Positions 9,307 to 17,122 of a stretch of DNA of 28,723 bases are shown piece by piece. The stretch's first letter is position 1. Every line of letters starts with the position of its first letter. Source of the DNA: Moraxellaceae bacterium (GTDB taxonomy: Bacteria; Pseudomonadota; Gammaproteobacteria; Pseudomonadales; Moraxellaceae); NCBI GenBank assembly GCA_030146505.1, contig JASLCO010000079.1, positions 1 through 28,723 of the forward strand. The letters run 5' to 3'. The position numbers and the translations under genes were made by a program. The notes beneath the pieces were generated by a model that was not told where the DNA came from, ran no database searches, and was given only the letters and a program-made list of their open reading frames with translations.

Positions 9307-10733
9307 TGGCCGAATCCAAGGTCTGGATCATCGATGATGACCGTTCCATCCGCTGGGTGCTGGAAAAGGCCCTCATGCAGGAGGGCCTTGCCGCCACAGT
9401 CTTTGAAGACGGCAACAGCGCCCTGGCGCGGCTGGCCCGCGAGCAGCCCGACGCCATCATCAGTGACATCCGCATGCCCGGCATGGACGGACTGTCTCTG
9501 CTCACGCGCATACGGCGCGAGCATCCCGAACTGCCCGTCATCATCATGACGGCACATTCGGACCTGGACTCGGCCGTATCCTCCTACCAGGGAGGCGCGT
9601 TTGAATACCTGCCCAAGCCGTTCGACGTGGACGATGCCATTGCGCTGGTGAAGCGCGCCGTCGCCCATCACCACGAGCAGCTGAAAAATGCCGGCACGCC
9701 GGTGGAAGCGGGTGCCACGCCGGAAATCATTGGCGAATCGCCGGCCATGCAGGAAGTTTTCCGCGCCATCGGCCGCCTTTCCAATTCCAACATCACCGTG
9801 CTCATCAACGGCGAATCCGGCACCGGCAAGGAGCTGGTGGCGCATGCCCTGCACCGTCATTCGCCACGTGCCGGCCGGCCTTTCATTGCCCTGAACATGG
9901 CCGCCATTCCCAAGGACCTGATGGAGTCGGAATTGTTCGGCCATGAAAAAGGCGCCTTCACGGGCGCCAGCGCGCAGCGCCAGGGCCGCTTCGAGCAGGC
10001 CAATGGCGGCACGCTGTTCCTGGATGAAATCGGCGACATGCCGCTGGAAACGCAAACACGTCTTTTGCGCGTGCTGGCCGACGGTGAGTTCTACCGCGTC
10101 GGGGGCCACATGCCGGTGAAAGTGGACGTGCGCATCATCGCCGCCACCCACCAGAACCTCGAACGCTCCGTGACGGAAGGCAAGTTCCGCGAGGACCTGT
10201 TCCACCGCCTCAATGTGATACGCGTGCATATTCCCCGCCTGCGCGATCGCCGCGAGGATATTCCGGCGCTGGCCGCCTACTTCCTCGTGCGCGCTGCGCG
10301 CGAGCTGAACGTGGAGCACAAGGTGCTGCGCCCGGAAACGGCCGCCTATCTGCAGCAACTGCCTTTTCCCGGCAATGTGCGCCAGCTGGAGAATACCTGC
10401 CGCTGGCTGACCGTGATGGCCTCGGGCCGCGAAATCCTGGTGAGCGACCTGCCGCCGGAAATGCGCCATGGCAGTGACAGCGACACGCAAAAACCCGCAC
10501 AGAACTGGGAACAGGCACTCTCGGACTGGGCGCGCAAGGCCTTGTTGAATGGCAGCGGCCCGCTGCTCGACACCGCCATGCCGGCCTTCGAGAAAATCAT
10601 GATCACCACGGCGCTCAACCATACCGGCGGCCGTCGTCGCGATGCCGCTGAGTTGCTGGGCTGGGGCCGCAATACGCTGACGCGCAAGATCAAGGAGTTG
10701 AAGATGGAGGTGGGAGAGGAAGAAGAGGAATGA
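9306..10733 (+). CDS. glnG: Nitrogen regulation response regulator NtrC
   Basis: DDDRSIRWVL, SDIRMPG, GESGTGKE, GAFTGA, FLDEIGD and LGWGRNTLTRK; TGATG coupling with glnL. Confidence 0.97.
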   Translation: MAESKVWIIDDDRSIRWVLEKALMQEGLAATVFEDGNSALARLAREQPDAIISDIRMPGMDGLSLLTRIRREHPELPVIIMTAHSDLDSAVSSYQGGAFEYLPKPFDVDDAIALVKRAVAHHHEQLKNAGTPVEAGATPEIIGESPAMQEVFRAIGRLSNSNITVLINGESGTGKELVAHALHRHSPRAGRPFIALNMAAIPKDLMESELFGHEKGAFTGASAQRQGRFEQANGGTLFLDEIGDMPLETQTRLLRVLADGEFYRVGGHMPVKVDVRIIAATHQNLERSVTEGKFREDLFHRLNVIRVHIPRLRDRREDIPALAAYFLVRAARELNVEHKVLRPETAAYLQQLPFPGNVRQLENTCRWLTVMASGREILVSDLPPEMRHGSDSDTQKPAQNWEQALSDWARKALLNGSGPLLDTAMPAFEKIMITTALNHTGGRRRDAAELLGWGRNTLTRKIKELKMEVGEEEEE

Positions 10734-10795
10734 ATTTGCGGGGAGCAGTGCCGGCGGATTTGCTTCGGGGCAAGTGATTTTCTGATTTGCAGCTT

Positions 10796-10817
10796 GTCGG
10801 GCTGAAGCCCGGCCTGC
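10796..10817 (-). repeat. Single REP-like palindrome, family C
   Basis: Minus strand GCAGGCCGGGCTTCAGCCCGAC: a GYAG head followed by a hairpin. Confidence 0.55.
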
Positions 10818-10881
10818 AAAACAGTGGTTCTGGGCGAGACATGCATGCAGGGAATAAACATGTATTCAGGGAGTGGAGTAC

Positions 10882-11032
10882 ATAAATCCCGCAGGGCGCG
10901 CCTGTAACTGTAATAAGTCCCCTTGAGGGATTGAACAGCCGCAGGCTGGCCCGAAGTGTGAGCGCAGCAAATCATCTCCCTGTTTAAAGCCCCGCCAAAC
11001 ATCCTGAGATTCCCGCTTGCGCGCGAATGACG
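10882..11032. repeat. Composite palindromic element, family D with internal cassette, copy 1
   Basis: Right arm GATTCCCGCTTGCGCGCGAATGACG (11008-11032); internal ATTGAACAGCCGCAGGCTGG (10930-10949) identical to 25273-25292; left arm degenerate. Confidence 0.75.
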
Positions 11033-11061
11033 GACCTTGCGTTTTTATGTATGAAAATCCC

Positions 11062-11094
11062 ATGAAAAAAGGCGCCGATGGCGCCTTTTTTCAT
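11062..11094. terminator. Bidirectional intrinsic terminator
   Basis: ATGAAAAAAGGCGCC-GAT-GGCGCCTTTTTTCAT between convergent glnG and the DUF3106-like gene. Confidence 0.88.
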
Positions 11095-11597
11095 TCACGG
11101 TCTTTTTTGTGTCTGTCCCGGCCGTGGCCACGGCCGGCATGCTCGCCATCGTATTTCTCGCCGGCTTCGCGGCGGAACTCGCGCCGCATTTCACGGCGCT
11201 CGTCGGGGCTGGCATCACGGAATTTCTGCTTTTCCCTTTCACGCTCCTGCGGCGGCATGGATTCCCATTTTTCCCGCAGGGCTTCGCGGTCTTGCTGCGG
11301 CAGGCGCTGGAAGCGCTCATAGCGCTTCTGCAATTCCTCGCGCTTTTCCGGCGTCAGCTGCTGGAAGCGCTGGTAGCGGTCGCGCATCTCGTTCTTCTGC
11401 GCCGGAGAAAGCTGCTGCCATTTCTGCGCGCGCTGCAGCATTTCTTCCTGGCGTTCGGGTGGCAGGCTGTTCCAGCGCTCCTTCAAGGGAGCCAGCGCGG
11501 CCTGGGTCTGTGCATCCAGGCTGTCGAAGGAACGGCCTTCGGCCTGCGCCAGGGGCGCCACCAGCAGGAGCAGCAGGGGCAGGAATGTCAGCTTCAT
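11091..11597 (-). CDS. DUF3106-like periplasmic helical-repeat protein
   Basis: Signal peptide ending AQA; seven [WF]xx[LMA]xx repeats of about 18 aa; third gene of the ECF operon. Confidence 0.8.
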   Translation of the reverse strand: MKLTFLPLLLLLVAPLAQAEGRSFDSLDAQTQAALAPLKERWNSLPPERQEEMLQRAQKWQQLSPAQKNEMRDRYQRFQQLTPEKREELQKRYERFQRLPQQDREALREKWESMPPQEREREKQKFRDASPDERREMRREFRREAGEKYDGEHAGRGHGRDRHKKDRE

Positions 11598-11628
11598 TTC
11601 TCTTGGGTCTCGGATCGTGTTGCCGGGA

Positions 11629-11973
11629 TCAGGTCTCGCTGCCCAGGGCCGCCAGCATGTCCATGTCCTGAAGCAGTTGCAGGTCGGCATCGGGCATGGC
11701 CGGGCCGGCGGCCACGACGGGCGCGCTGACCGGGCCGGTGGGCAGGCCGCCGCCCAGCGGCAGCACCAGCACCACGGCCAGGCTGGCGGCCACGGCAAAG
11801 CCGCCCGCCAGCCACCACGGGGAATGGCGCGGCCTGTGTGCCCGCGCGGCAATCTGCGCGCGCGTGGCCGACAGGGCCGCGTCCAGCAGCGGATCGGGGC
11901 GTGCCGCTGCTTCGTCCAGCGTCTGCCGCAGGCGCTGCTGCAGTTCCTGATCACGCTTGTCGGATTCAGACAT
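11629..11973 (-). CDS. Putative single-TM anti-sigma factor (DUF3619-like)
   Basis: Short cytoplasmic helix, one TM (WWLAGGFAVAASLAVVLVL) and C-terminal DLQLLQDMDML; overlaps the sigma stop; GAGG RBS; start 11973 or 11976. Confidence 0.72.
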   Translation of the reverse strand: MSESDKRDQELQQRLRQTLDEAAARPDPLLDAALSATRAQIAARAHRPRHSPWWLAGGFAVAASLAVVLVLPLGGGLPTGPVSAPVVAAGPAMPDADLQLLQDMDMLAALGSET

Positions 11974-12670
11974 CATCCACCTCGCCAAGCGACACTTCAC
12001 CAGTGCGCTTTTTCTTGCTCATGCCTGACGCCGGGCTTTCGCCGGCGCCTTCCAGACGCGCCCGCAAGCTGTGCATGGCGCGTGACAAATGGGTTTTTAC
12101 ACTGCCTTCGGAGCAGCCCATGGCGGCTGCCGTTTCTGCCGTGTCCAGGCCTTCCCAGATACGCAGCATGAAGGCCTGTTGCTGGCGCAGGGGCAGATCG
12201 GCCAGCGCCGCCTGCACGGTTTCCATGTCGCGGGCGCGCTCCATGAGCAGGGCAGGATCAGAACTCTGCTGTTCGGGTACATCGGCCCAGGGATCGGCAT
12301 CAGGATCGTCTGCCGGCGCCTGCAGCCAGGTGAACCACTTGCCGCGCCGGGTACGGCTGCGGTGCCAGTCCATGATGCGGCTCTGCAGGATGGTCTGGAA
12401 CAGCGGGCCCCACTCGGCCGGCGGCTTGTCGGCATAGCGCGTGGCCAGGCGCAACATGCTGTCCTGCACGATATCCAGCGCTGCTTCACGGTCGCGCGTG
12501 GAAATCTCGGCCATCACCTGCGCGCGGCGACCCACCGAGCGCAAGAAGGCATCGAGATTGAGAGGTGGCGTTGGCGTCATGGCGAGCGGGTCGGCAGCAG
12601 CGGGCTGGCTACCATACGCAAGGCTTTCTCCTGCCTCAAGCCTGACCACGGCCACACTGCTTTTATTCAC
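11966..12670 (-). CDS. ECF-type RNA polymerase sigma-70 factor
   Basis: ALDIVQDSM (region 2) and LPLRQQQAFMLR...ETAAAMGCSEGSVKTHLSRA (region 4); GTG start with AGGAG RBS, alternative ATG 12580. Confidence 0.92.
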   Translation of the reverse strand: MNKSSVAVVRLEAGESLAYGSQPAAADPLAMTPTPPLNLDAFLRSVGRRAQVMAEISTRDREAALDIVQDSMLRLATRYADKPPAEWGPLFQTILQSRIMDWHRSRTRRGKWFTWLQAPADDPDADPWADVPEQQSSDPALLMERARDMETVQAALADLPLRQQQAFMLRIWEGLDTAETAAAMGCSEGSVKTHLSRAMHSLRARLEGAGESPASGMSKKKRTGEVSLGEVDDV

Positions 12671-12739
12671 CGCAACTCCTGAAACCGGGAAACCGTCCAG
12701 CCGTCATCTCTGCCCCTCATGCCCAGCCTCATGGGCCAG

Positions 12740-12768
12740 TCAACGCGCAAAGATCGTATGGGTTGACA
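12740..12768 (-). promoter_or_regulatory. Putative ECF autoregulatory promoter
   Basis: Minus strand TGTCAACC-catacgatctttgcg-CGTTGA; the same boxes and spacing recur at 13462-13490. Confidence 0.75.
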
Positions 12769-12872
12769 ACACGCCAGGCCATTCAAAGCAAGGAAGAAAG
12801 AGGAAACAGGGAAGCGGCCAGTAGCAGTGCCGCAAAAAAGATGTCCATCGTCATCGCCCTCAGCTTGCCAAT

Positions 12873-12896
12873 GCCCGGGGCCCAAGGGCCCCGGGC
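12873..12896. other. GC-rich hairpin without a U-tract
   Basis: GCCCGGGGCCC-AA-GGGCCCCGGGC, 11 nt after the stop of the secreted-protein gene. Confidence 0.6.
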
Positions 12897-12907
12897 CTAC
12901 TTGCCCA

Positions 12908-13396
12908 TCAAGACCTGGGCTTGACCGCGGGGTTTTCGCTCGCGCTGCCGTCGGCCTTGCTCACATTGCCGTTTTTGGCGGCGATGCCACCACCACGGCG
13001 ATGCGGCTTGCCGCCATCGCGCTGGCCCTCGCCCTTGAACTCGCGCGACCAGCTCTTGCCATCGAAATCCGTACCCTTTTCACTGCGGCTGAAAGATTTC
13101 TTGTCCTTGTCCTGGCTGACCGTGACTTCACGTGTGGCGGTCTTGCCGTCGGCATTGGTAAAGCTGCTCTTGCGGCTGAAACCTGTGTCCGTCACCTTCT
13201 GCTCGACCTTGCGCTTGCTGGTCTTGCCGTCAGCGGTCTTGCGCACGGTTTCTTCGGTAAAGCTCTCGCGCGGCTGCCGGTACTCGGCACGCGGGCCCCG
13301 GTCGCCATCACGGCCATGATCACGATGATCGCCGGCCTGGCTCAGGCCACTCAGGGCCAGCAGGGAAAGGGCAAGAACGGTATGCTTGGCATTCAT
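12908..13396 (-). CDS. Hypothetical secreted protein with three DGK-turn repeats
   Basis: Signal peptide [28 protein letters not shown] and repeats F-x9-DGK[TS]xxR. Confidence 0.8.
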   Translation of the reverse strand: MNAKHTVLALSLLALSGLSQAGDHRDHGRDGDRGPRAEYRQPRESFTEETVRKTADGKTSKRKVEQKVTDTGFSRKSSFTNADGKTATREVTVSQDKDKKSFSRSEKGTDFDGKSWSREFKGEGQRDGGKPHRRGGGIAAKNGNVSKADGSASENPAVKPRS

Positions 13397-13461
13397 TGGA
13401 TTTTCCTCGATCTACAGGGATGATTTGCAAGAAGAACCCGGCGCCGGCCTTCATGCCTTGT

Positions 13462-13490
13462 TTAACGCACCTGCTTCCCCCCGGTTGACA
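13462..13490 (-). promoter_or_regulatory. Second copy of the putative ECF promoter
   Basis: Minus strand TGTCAACC-ggggggaagcaggtg-CGTTAA, about 65 nt upstream of ATG 13396. Confidence 0.75.
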
Positions 13491-13496
13491 CAACCC

Positions 13497-13961
13497 ATGC
13501 TGCACATCGTTCTCTTCCAGCCGGAGATTCCCGGCAACACCGGCAATATCATCCGCCTCTGCGCCAATACCGGCGCACGCCTGCACCTCATCAAGCCGCT
13601 GGGTTTTGATCTGGACGACAGCAAGCTCAAACGTGCCGGCCTCGACTATCACGAGTGGGCCGATCTGAAAGTGCATGACACACTGGACGCTTTCATCGCA
13701 GCGGTAAAACCGCCACGCCTGTTTGCCCTTACCACCAAGGGCTCGCGCTCCTGTTTCGAACTGGCCGTGGCGGAAAACGACGCCTTCCTCTTCGGGCCGG
13801 AAACGCGCGGCCTGCCGGCCGAATTACTGGCCACGCTGGCAGCGGAACAGAAACTGCGCCTGCCCATGCGGCCGGAAAGCCGCAGCCTCAATCTTTCCAA
13901 CAGCGTGGCCGTGGTGGTGTATGAGGCCTGGCGGCAACTGGGCTTCAGCGGCGGCAACTAA
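13497..13961 (+). CDS. trmL: tRNA (cytidine/uridine-34 2'-O)-methyltransferase TrmL
   Basis: [39 protein letters not shown] and RSLNLSN. Confidence 0.96.
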   Translation: MLHIVLFQPEIPGNTGNIIRLCANTGARLHLIKPLGFDLDDSKLKRAGLDYHEWADLKVHDTLDAFIAAVKPPRLFALTTKGSRSCFELAVAENDAFLFGPETRGLPAELLATLAAEQKLRLPMRPESRSLNLSNSVAVVVYEAWRQLGFSGGN

Positions 13962-14042
13962 TAACAGCACCGAGCAATGACCGTTCCACAGCACGGATTT
14001 GCGCTAGCATCAGCCCACCTTATCCCGCACAGGCGGAATCCC

Positions 14043-14717
14043 ATGCACATACTGATCGTGGAAGACGACAGCAGCATTGCCGCCTTGCTGGTGGATTATC
14101 TGCAGGCGCGTGGCCATGAGGCCGACTGGGCGGCGAGCGCTCCCCGTGCACTGGCCCTGCTGGACGAAAGCCGTTTTGACGCCATCGTGCTGGACCGCGG
14201 TCTGCCGCGCATGGAAGGTCTGCGCTTCCTGCGCCTCATCCGCGAAGAAATGCAGATGCCGATTCCCGTGCTCGTGCTGACAGCGCGCGACAGCGAAAGC
14301 GACAAGCTCGAAGGCTTCGAGGCCGGCGCCGATGATTATGTGGTGAAGCCGTTTTCCCTGGCCGAAGTGGAAGCGCGGCTGCTGGCCCTGCAACGTCGCG
14401 GCAATATGCGCGAAGACAGCATCCTGCACTGCGGCAAGCTGCGTTTTGACCTGGCACGCTACGAGCTCACGCTCGACGGACACATCCTCAGCGCCGGCCC
14501 GAAAACCCTGCAATTGCTGGAAACCCTGATGCGCGAGCCCGGGCATGTCTTCACCCACGAGCAGCTGGAGCTGCGCCTGTGGAAGGAAAGCCAGGACAAC
14601 AGCGACAAACTGCGGCAGGTGCTCTACCAGGCCCGCAAGCTGGTTGCCACGCCCGGCAGCCACTGCGAGATCATCACCGTGCACGGGCGCGGCTATCGTC
14701 TGGACATACACCCATGA
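14043..14717 (+). CDS. OmpR-family response regulator (ColR-like)
   Basis: ILIVEDD, IVLDRGLP, LTARD, GADDYVVKPF and TVHGRGYRL. Confidence 0.92.
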   Translation: MHILIVEDDSSIAALLVDYLQARGHEADWAASAPRALALLDESRFDAIVLDRGLPRMEGLRFLRLIREEMQMPIPVLVLTARDSESDKLEGFEAGADDYVVKPFSLAEVEARLLALQRRGNMREDSILHCGKLRFDLARYELTLDGHILSAGPKTLQLLETLMREPGHVFTHEQLELRLWKESQDNSDKLRQVLYQARKLVATPGSHCEIITVHGRGYRLDIHP

Positions 14718-15931
14718 AACGCAACCCGGGCCTGCGCGCCCGCATGGTGCAGCTGGTGGGCGGCGGCCTGCTGGCCCTGCTTATTGCCCAGTACGTGGCC
14801 ACCGCGCTGGAGCTCGACGAGCGCCAGGAAGAAATGATAGACGCCGTGCTGGCCGAGCAACTGCACTACACCCTGCAGCTCTACCATCAATCCGGCACGC
14901 TGCTGAAACCGAACGTGCCCCGCCTCTTCCTCTACAGCTACCCGGCCGGCCATCCGGGCGCCGACGTGCCGGCGGAATTCCACCCTTTCGGGCCCGGCAA
15001 CCACGAGGTCTACATCGGCGGCAACGAATATCATTTCGTGGTGCACGACGAAGACGGCACCCGCTTCCTGCTCGCCCACGACGTGGAAAAATTCGAGGAC
15101 GGCTTCACCGAGCTCATGATCACGCTGGGCGTGGCCGTGCTGCTTTCGGGCGGGCTGGCCATCCTCTGCATCTACTGGCTGAGTGGCCGCGTGCTCGCCA
15201 ACCTCACCGCCCTCTCCGGTTCCGTGCGCCAGCACGACGACCACCTGCTGGCGCATGACAACATGGAAGCCGAAGTGCATGCGCTGGCCTCGGCACTGGA
15301 TGACTATCGCGCCCGGCAAAGCCTGTTGCTGGAACGCGAACGGGATTTTTCCGCGCATCTCAGCCATGAATTGCGCACACCGCTGAGCGTGGTACGCGGA
15401 CAGGCGGAATTCATCGCCCTGCAGCATGCGGACAATGCCGACCTGCAGCAGCGCAGCGCCGACATCATCACGCAGGTGGAACGCATGCGCGCACTCATCG
15501 AACAGATACTGCGCCTGGCGCGCAGCACGCTGGCGCCGGTGCGCGAACCCGTTCCCCTGCGCGCACTGGTGGAGCGCATCTGGCGCGACCTGGCCCATGA
15601 CCGCGCCAGCCGCACACAGTTGCGCAACTCCCTGGCGGACGACGCCACCCTGCTGGCCGACCCACTGCTGCTGGAACTCATCCTGCGCAATGCCCTGGCC
15701 AATGCGCGCCTGCATGCCGACGGCGCCGAACTGCGCGTGGACTTCGACGGCCGCGTGCTGCGCATTGAAGACCACGCCCCGGCCCCGGCCCTGCTGCCGG
15801 TCGGCATACGCAATGAAGGCGGCGAAGGCATGGGACTTTCCATCCTGCACCGCGCCTGCAAGCTGCTGGGCTGGTCCTGCGACATCAGCGTTCTGCCCAC
15901 CGGCGTGCGCCTGACCATTACCCTGCCCTGA
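14714..15931 (+). CDS. Membrane sensor histidine kinase (ColS-like) with an atypical ATPase domain
   Basis: Two hydrophobic segments, SHELRTPL H-box, N-box RNALANA and G2 GEGMGLSI; ATGA overlap with the regulator. Confidence 0.88.
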   Translation: MKRNPGLRARMVQLVGGGLLALLIAQYVATALELDERQEEMIDAVLAEQLHYTLQLYHQSGTLLKPNVPRLFLYSYPAGHPGADVPAEFHPFGPGNHEVYIGGNEYHFVVHDEDGTRFLLAHDVEKFEDGFTELMITLGVAVLLSGGLAILCIYWLSGRVLANLTALSGSVRQHDDHLLAHDNMEAEVHALASALDDYRARQSLLLERERDFSAHLSHELRTPLSVVRGQAEFIALQHADNADLQQRSADIITQVERMRALIEQILRLARSTLAPVREPVPLRALVERIWRDLAHDRASRTQLRNSLADDATLLADPLLLELILRNALANARLHADGAELRVDFDGRVLRIEDHAPAPALLPVGIRNEGGEGMGLSILHRACKLLGWSCDISVLPTGVRLTITLP

Positions 15932-16014
15932 GCCTTCTGCCAGAAGGCTCAGCCCTGGCAGCTTGAGGAATGTCTCAAAAAAGGGGGCTTACATATTTGA
16001 CGCCCCTCTCCTCT

Positions 16015-16096
16015 GTCATCGTTCGGGCAGAGGCCAGAACCCATGAAGCCGCCAGAAAATCAGCGTCGCAGGGATCCCGGCCTTCGCCGGGATGAC
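16015..16096. repeat. Palindromic element with GTCAT...ATGAC termini (family D variant)
   Basis: Right arm GGATCCCGGCCTTCGCCGGGATGAC (16072-16096); degenerate left arm GTCATCGTTCGGGCAGAGGCCAGAACCC. Confidence 0.7.
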
Positions 16097-16187
16097 GAAG
16101 GCTCTCAAAAAGAGAGCCATGCCTGCAGAGCCACTGGAAAAACTACCGCCAGCCGTGCCGGCCAACGCCCTTCCGGCACTCCGTCTT

Positions 16188-16226
16188 CTCACAAAATCCT
16201 CACACGCCCCTCACGGCGGGATTCAC
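16188..16226 (+). promoter_or_regulatory. Phased YTCAC direct repeats, putative OmpR-family binding site
   Basis: CTCAC at 16188, 16199 and 16210, TTCAC at 16222 (period 11, 11, 12). Confidence 0.6.
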
Positions 16227-16269
16227 CCCGGGTCCGGAAAATGCCTCCCTCATTCTCCGGAGCACCTCC

Positions 16270-17064
16270 ATGCCCCGACGCGAACCCCATCCCGCCGCCA
16301 CATCCATGTTGAAGTCGGGCAGTCTTGCCCTGCTGCTCACCCTGCCGCTGCCGCTTATGAGTGATTACAGCGGCCTCGATGTCTGGCTGGAAAATCATTA
16401 CTTCGACAGCAGCCGCGGCATTTTTCCCTGGCGCGAGCTGCACTGGTTCGAAGCGCTGAGCCACGGTGGTCCGCGCAGCGTGCTGTTTTTCCTGGTCGGG
16501 CTCAACGTCGTCACCCTGCTGCTGGCCTGGCTCAGTCCCGCCACCCTGCAGCAGATATTGCCGCCGTTCTGGCGACGCCCGCGCGTACTGGGTTATCTGC
16601 TGGCCGCTTCGCTGGCTGGCCCGCTGATGGTTGGCCTGCTGAAAAAAACCACCACGCATCCCTGCCCCTGGAATCTTGATCTCTACGGCGGCCAGGCCGC
16701 CTTCCACCATTTGCTGGACCCGCCCCTGTTCACGCTCTCCGATGCCGGCCGCTGCTTTCCCGGCGGCCACGCCAGCGGTGGCTTTGCCCTGCTGGCACTG
16801 GTGCCGCTGTTGCAGGGCAAACGCCAGTTGCAGGCACTGCTGCTGGCACTGGGCGCCGGCTTTTTCATGGGCTGGAGCCGCATGATGCAGGGCGCGCATT
16901 TCCTTTCGCACAATCTCTGGTCGGCCTGGATATGCTGGGCCATGGTGCTGGCCTGCTACGGCCTCATCAAGCCATGGCGGGAAGAGGGAGCCGTATTGAT
17001 GCCTTCCATTCCAGTTGGCGAAGAACCGGTCATGCAGGCGCGAACTCCCGGCACTGACTATTGA
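16270..17064 (+). CDS. PAP2-family membrane phosphatase
   Basis: LKKTTTHPCPW, CFPGGHASGG and SRMMQGAHFLSHNLWS; GGAG RBS before ATG 16270. Confidence 0.9.
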   Translation: MPRREPHPAATSMLKSGSLALLLTLPLPLMSDYSGLDVWLENHYFDSSRGIFPWRELHWFEALSHGGPRSVLFFLVGLNVVTLLLAWLSPATLQQILPPFWRRPRVLGYLLAASLAGPLMVGLLKKTTTHPCPWNLDLYGGQAAFHHLLDPPLFTLSDAGRCFPGGHASGGFALLALVPLLQGKRQLQALLLALGAGFFMGWSRMMQGAHFLSHNLWSAWICWAMVLACYGLIKPWREEGAVLMPSIPVGEEPVMQARTPGTDY

Positions 17065-17087
17065 AATGCCGGCGACTTTCCTGCTCC

Positions 17088-17120
17088 TGAAAAAATCCCC
17101 GCATCAGCGGGGATTTTTCA
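17088..17120. terminator. Bidirectional intrinsic terminator
   Basis: TGAAAAAATCCCCGC-ATCA-GCGGGGATTTTTCA between convergent genes. Confidence 0.88.
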
Positions 17121-17122
17121 TT

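Noticed and set aside
1091..10622. Long antisense ORFs (1091-2185, 3323-4474, 5637-7310, 8143-9069, 9141-10622)
   Set aside because: Shadows of well-supported genes in high-GC DNA, with no recognisable motifs
15973..16116. TCTCAAAAA(A)G on both sides of the 16015-16096 element as a target-site duplication
   Set aside because: The copies are imperfect and not flush with the element ends
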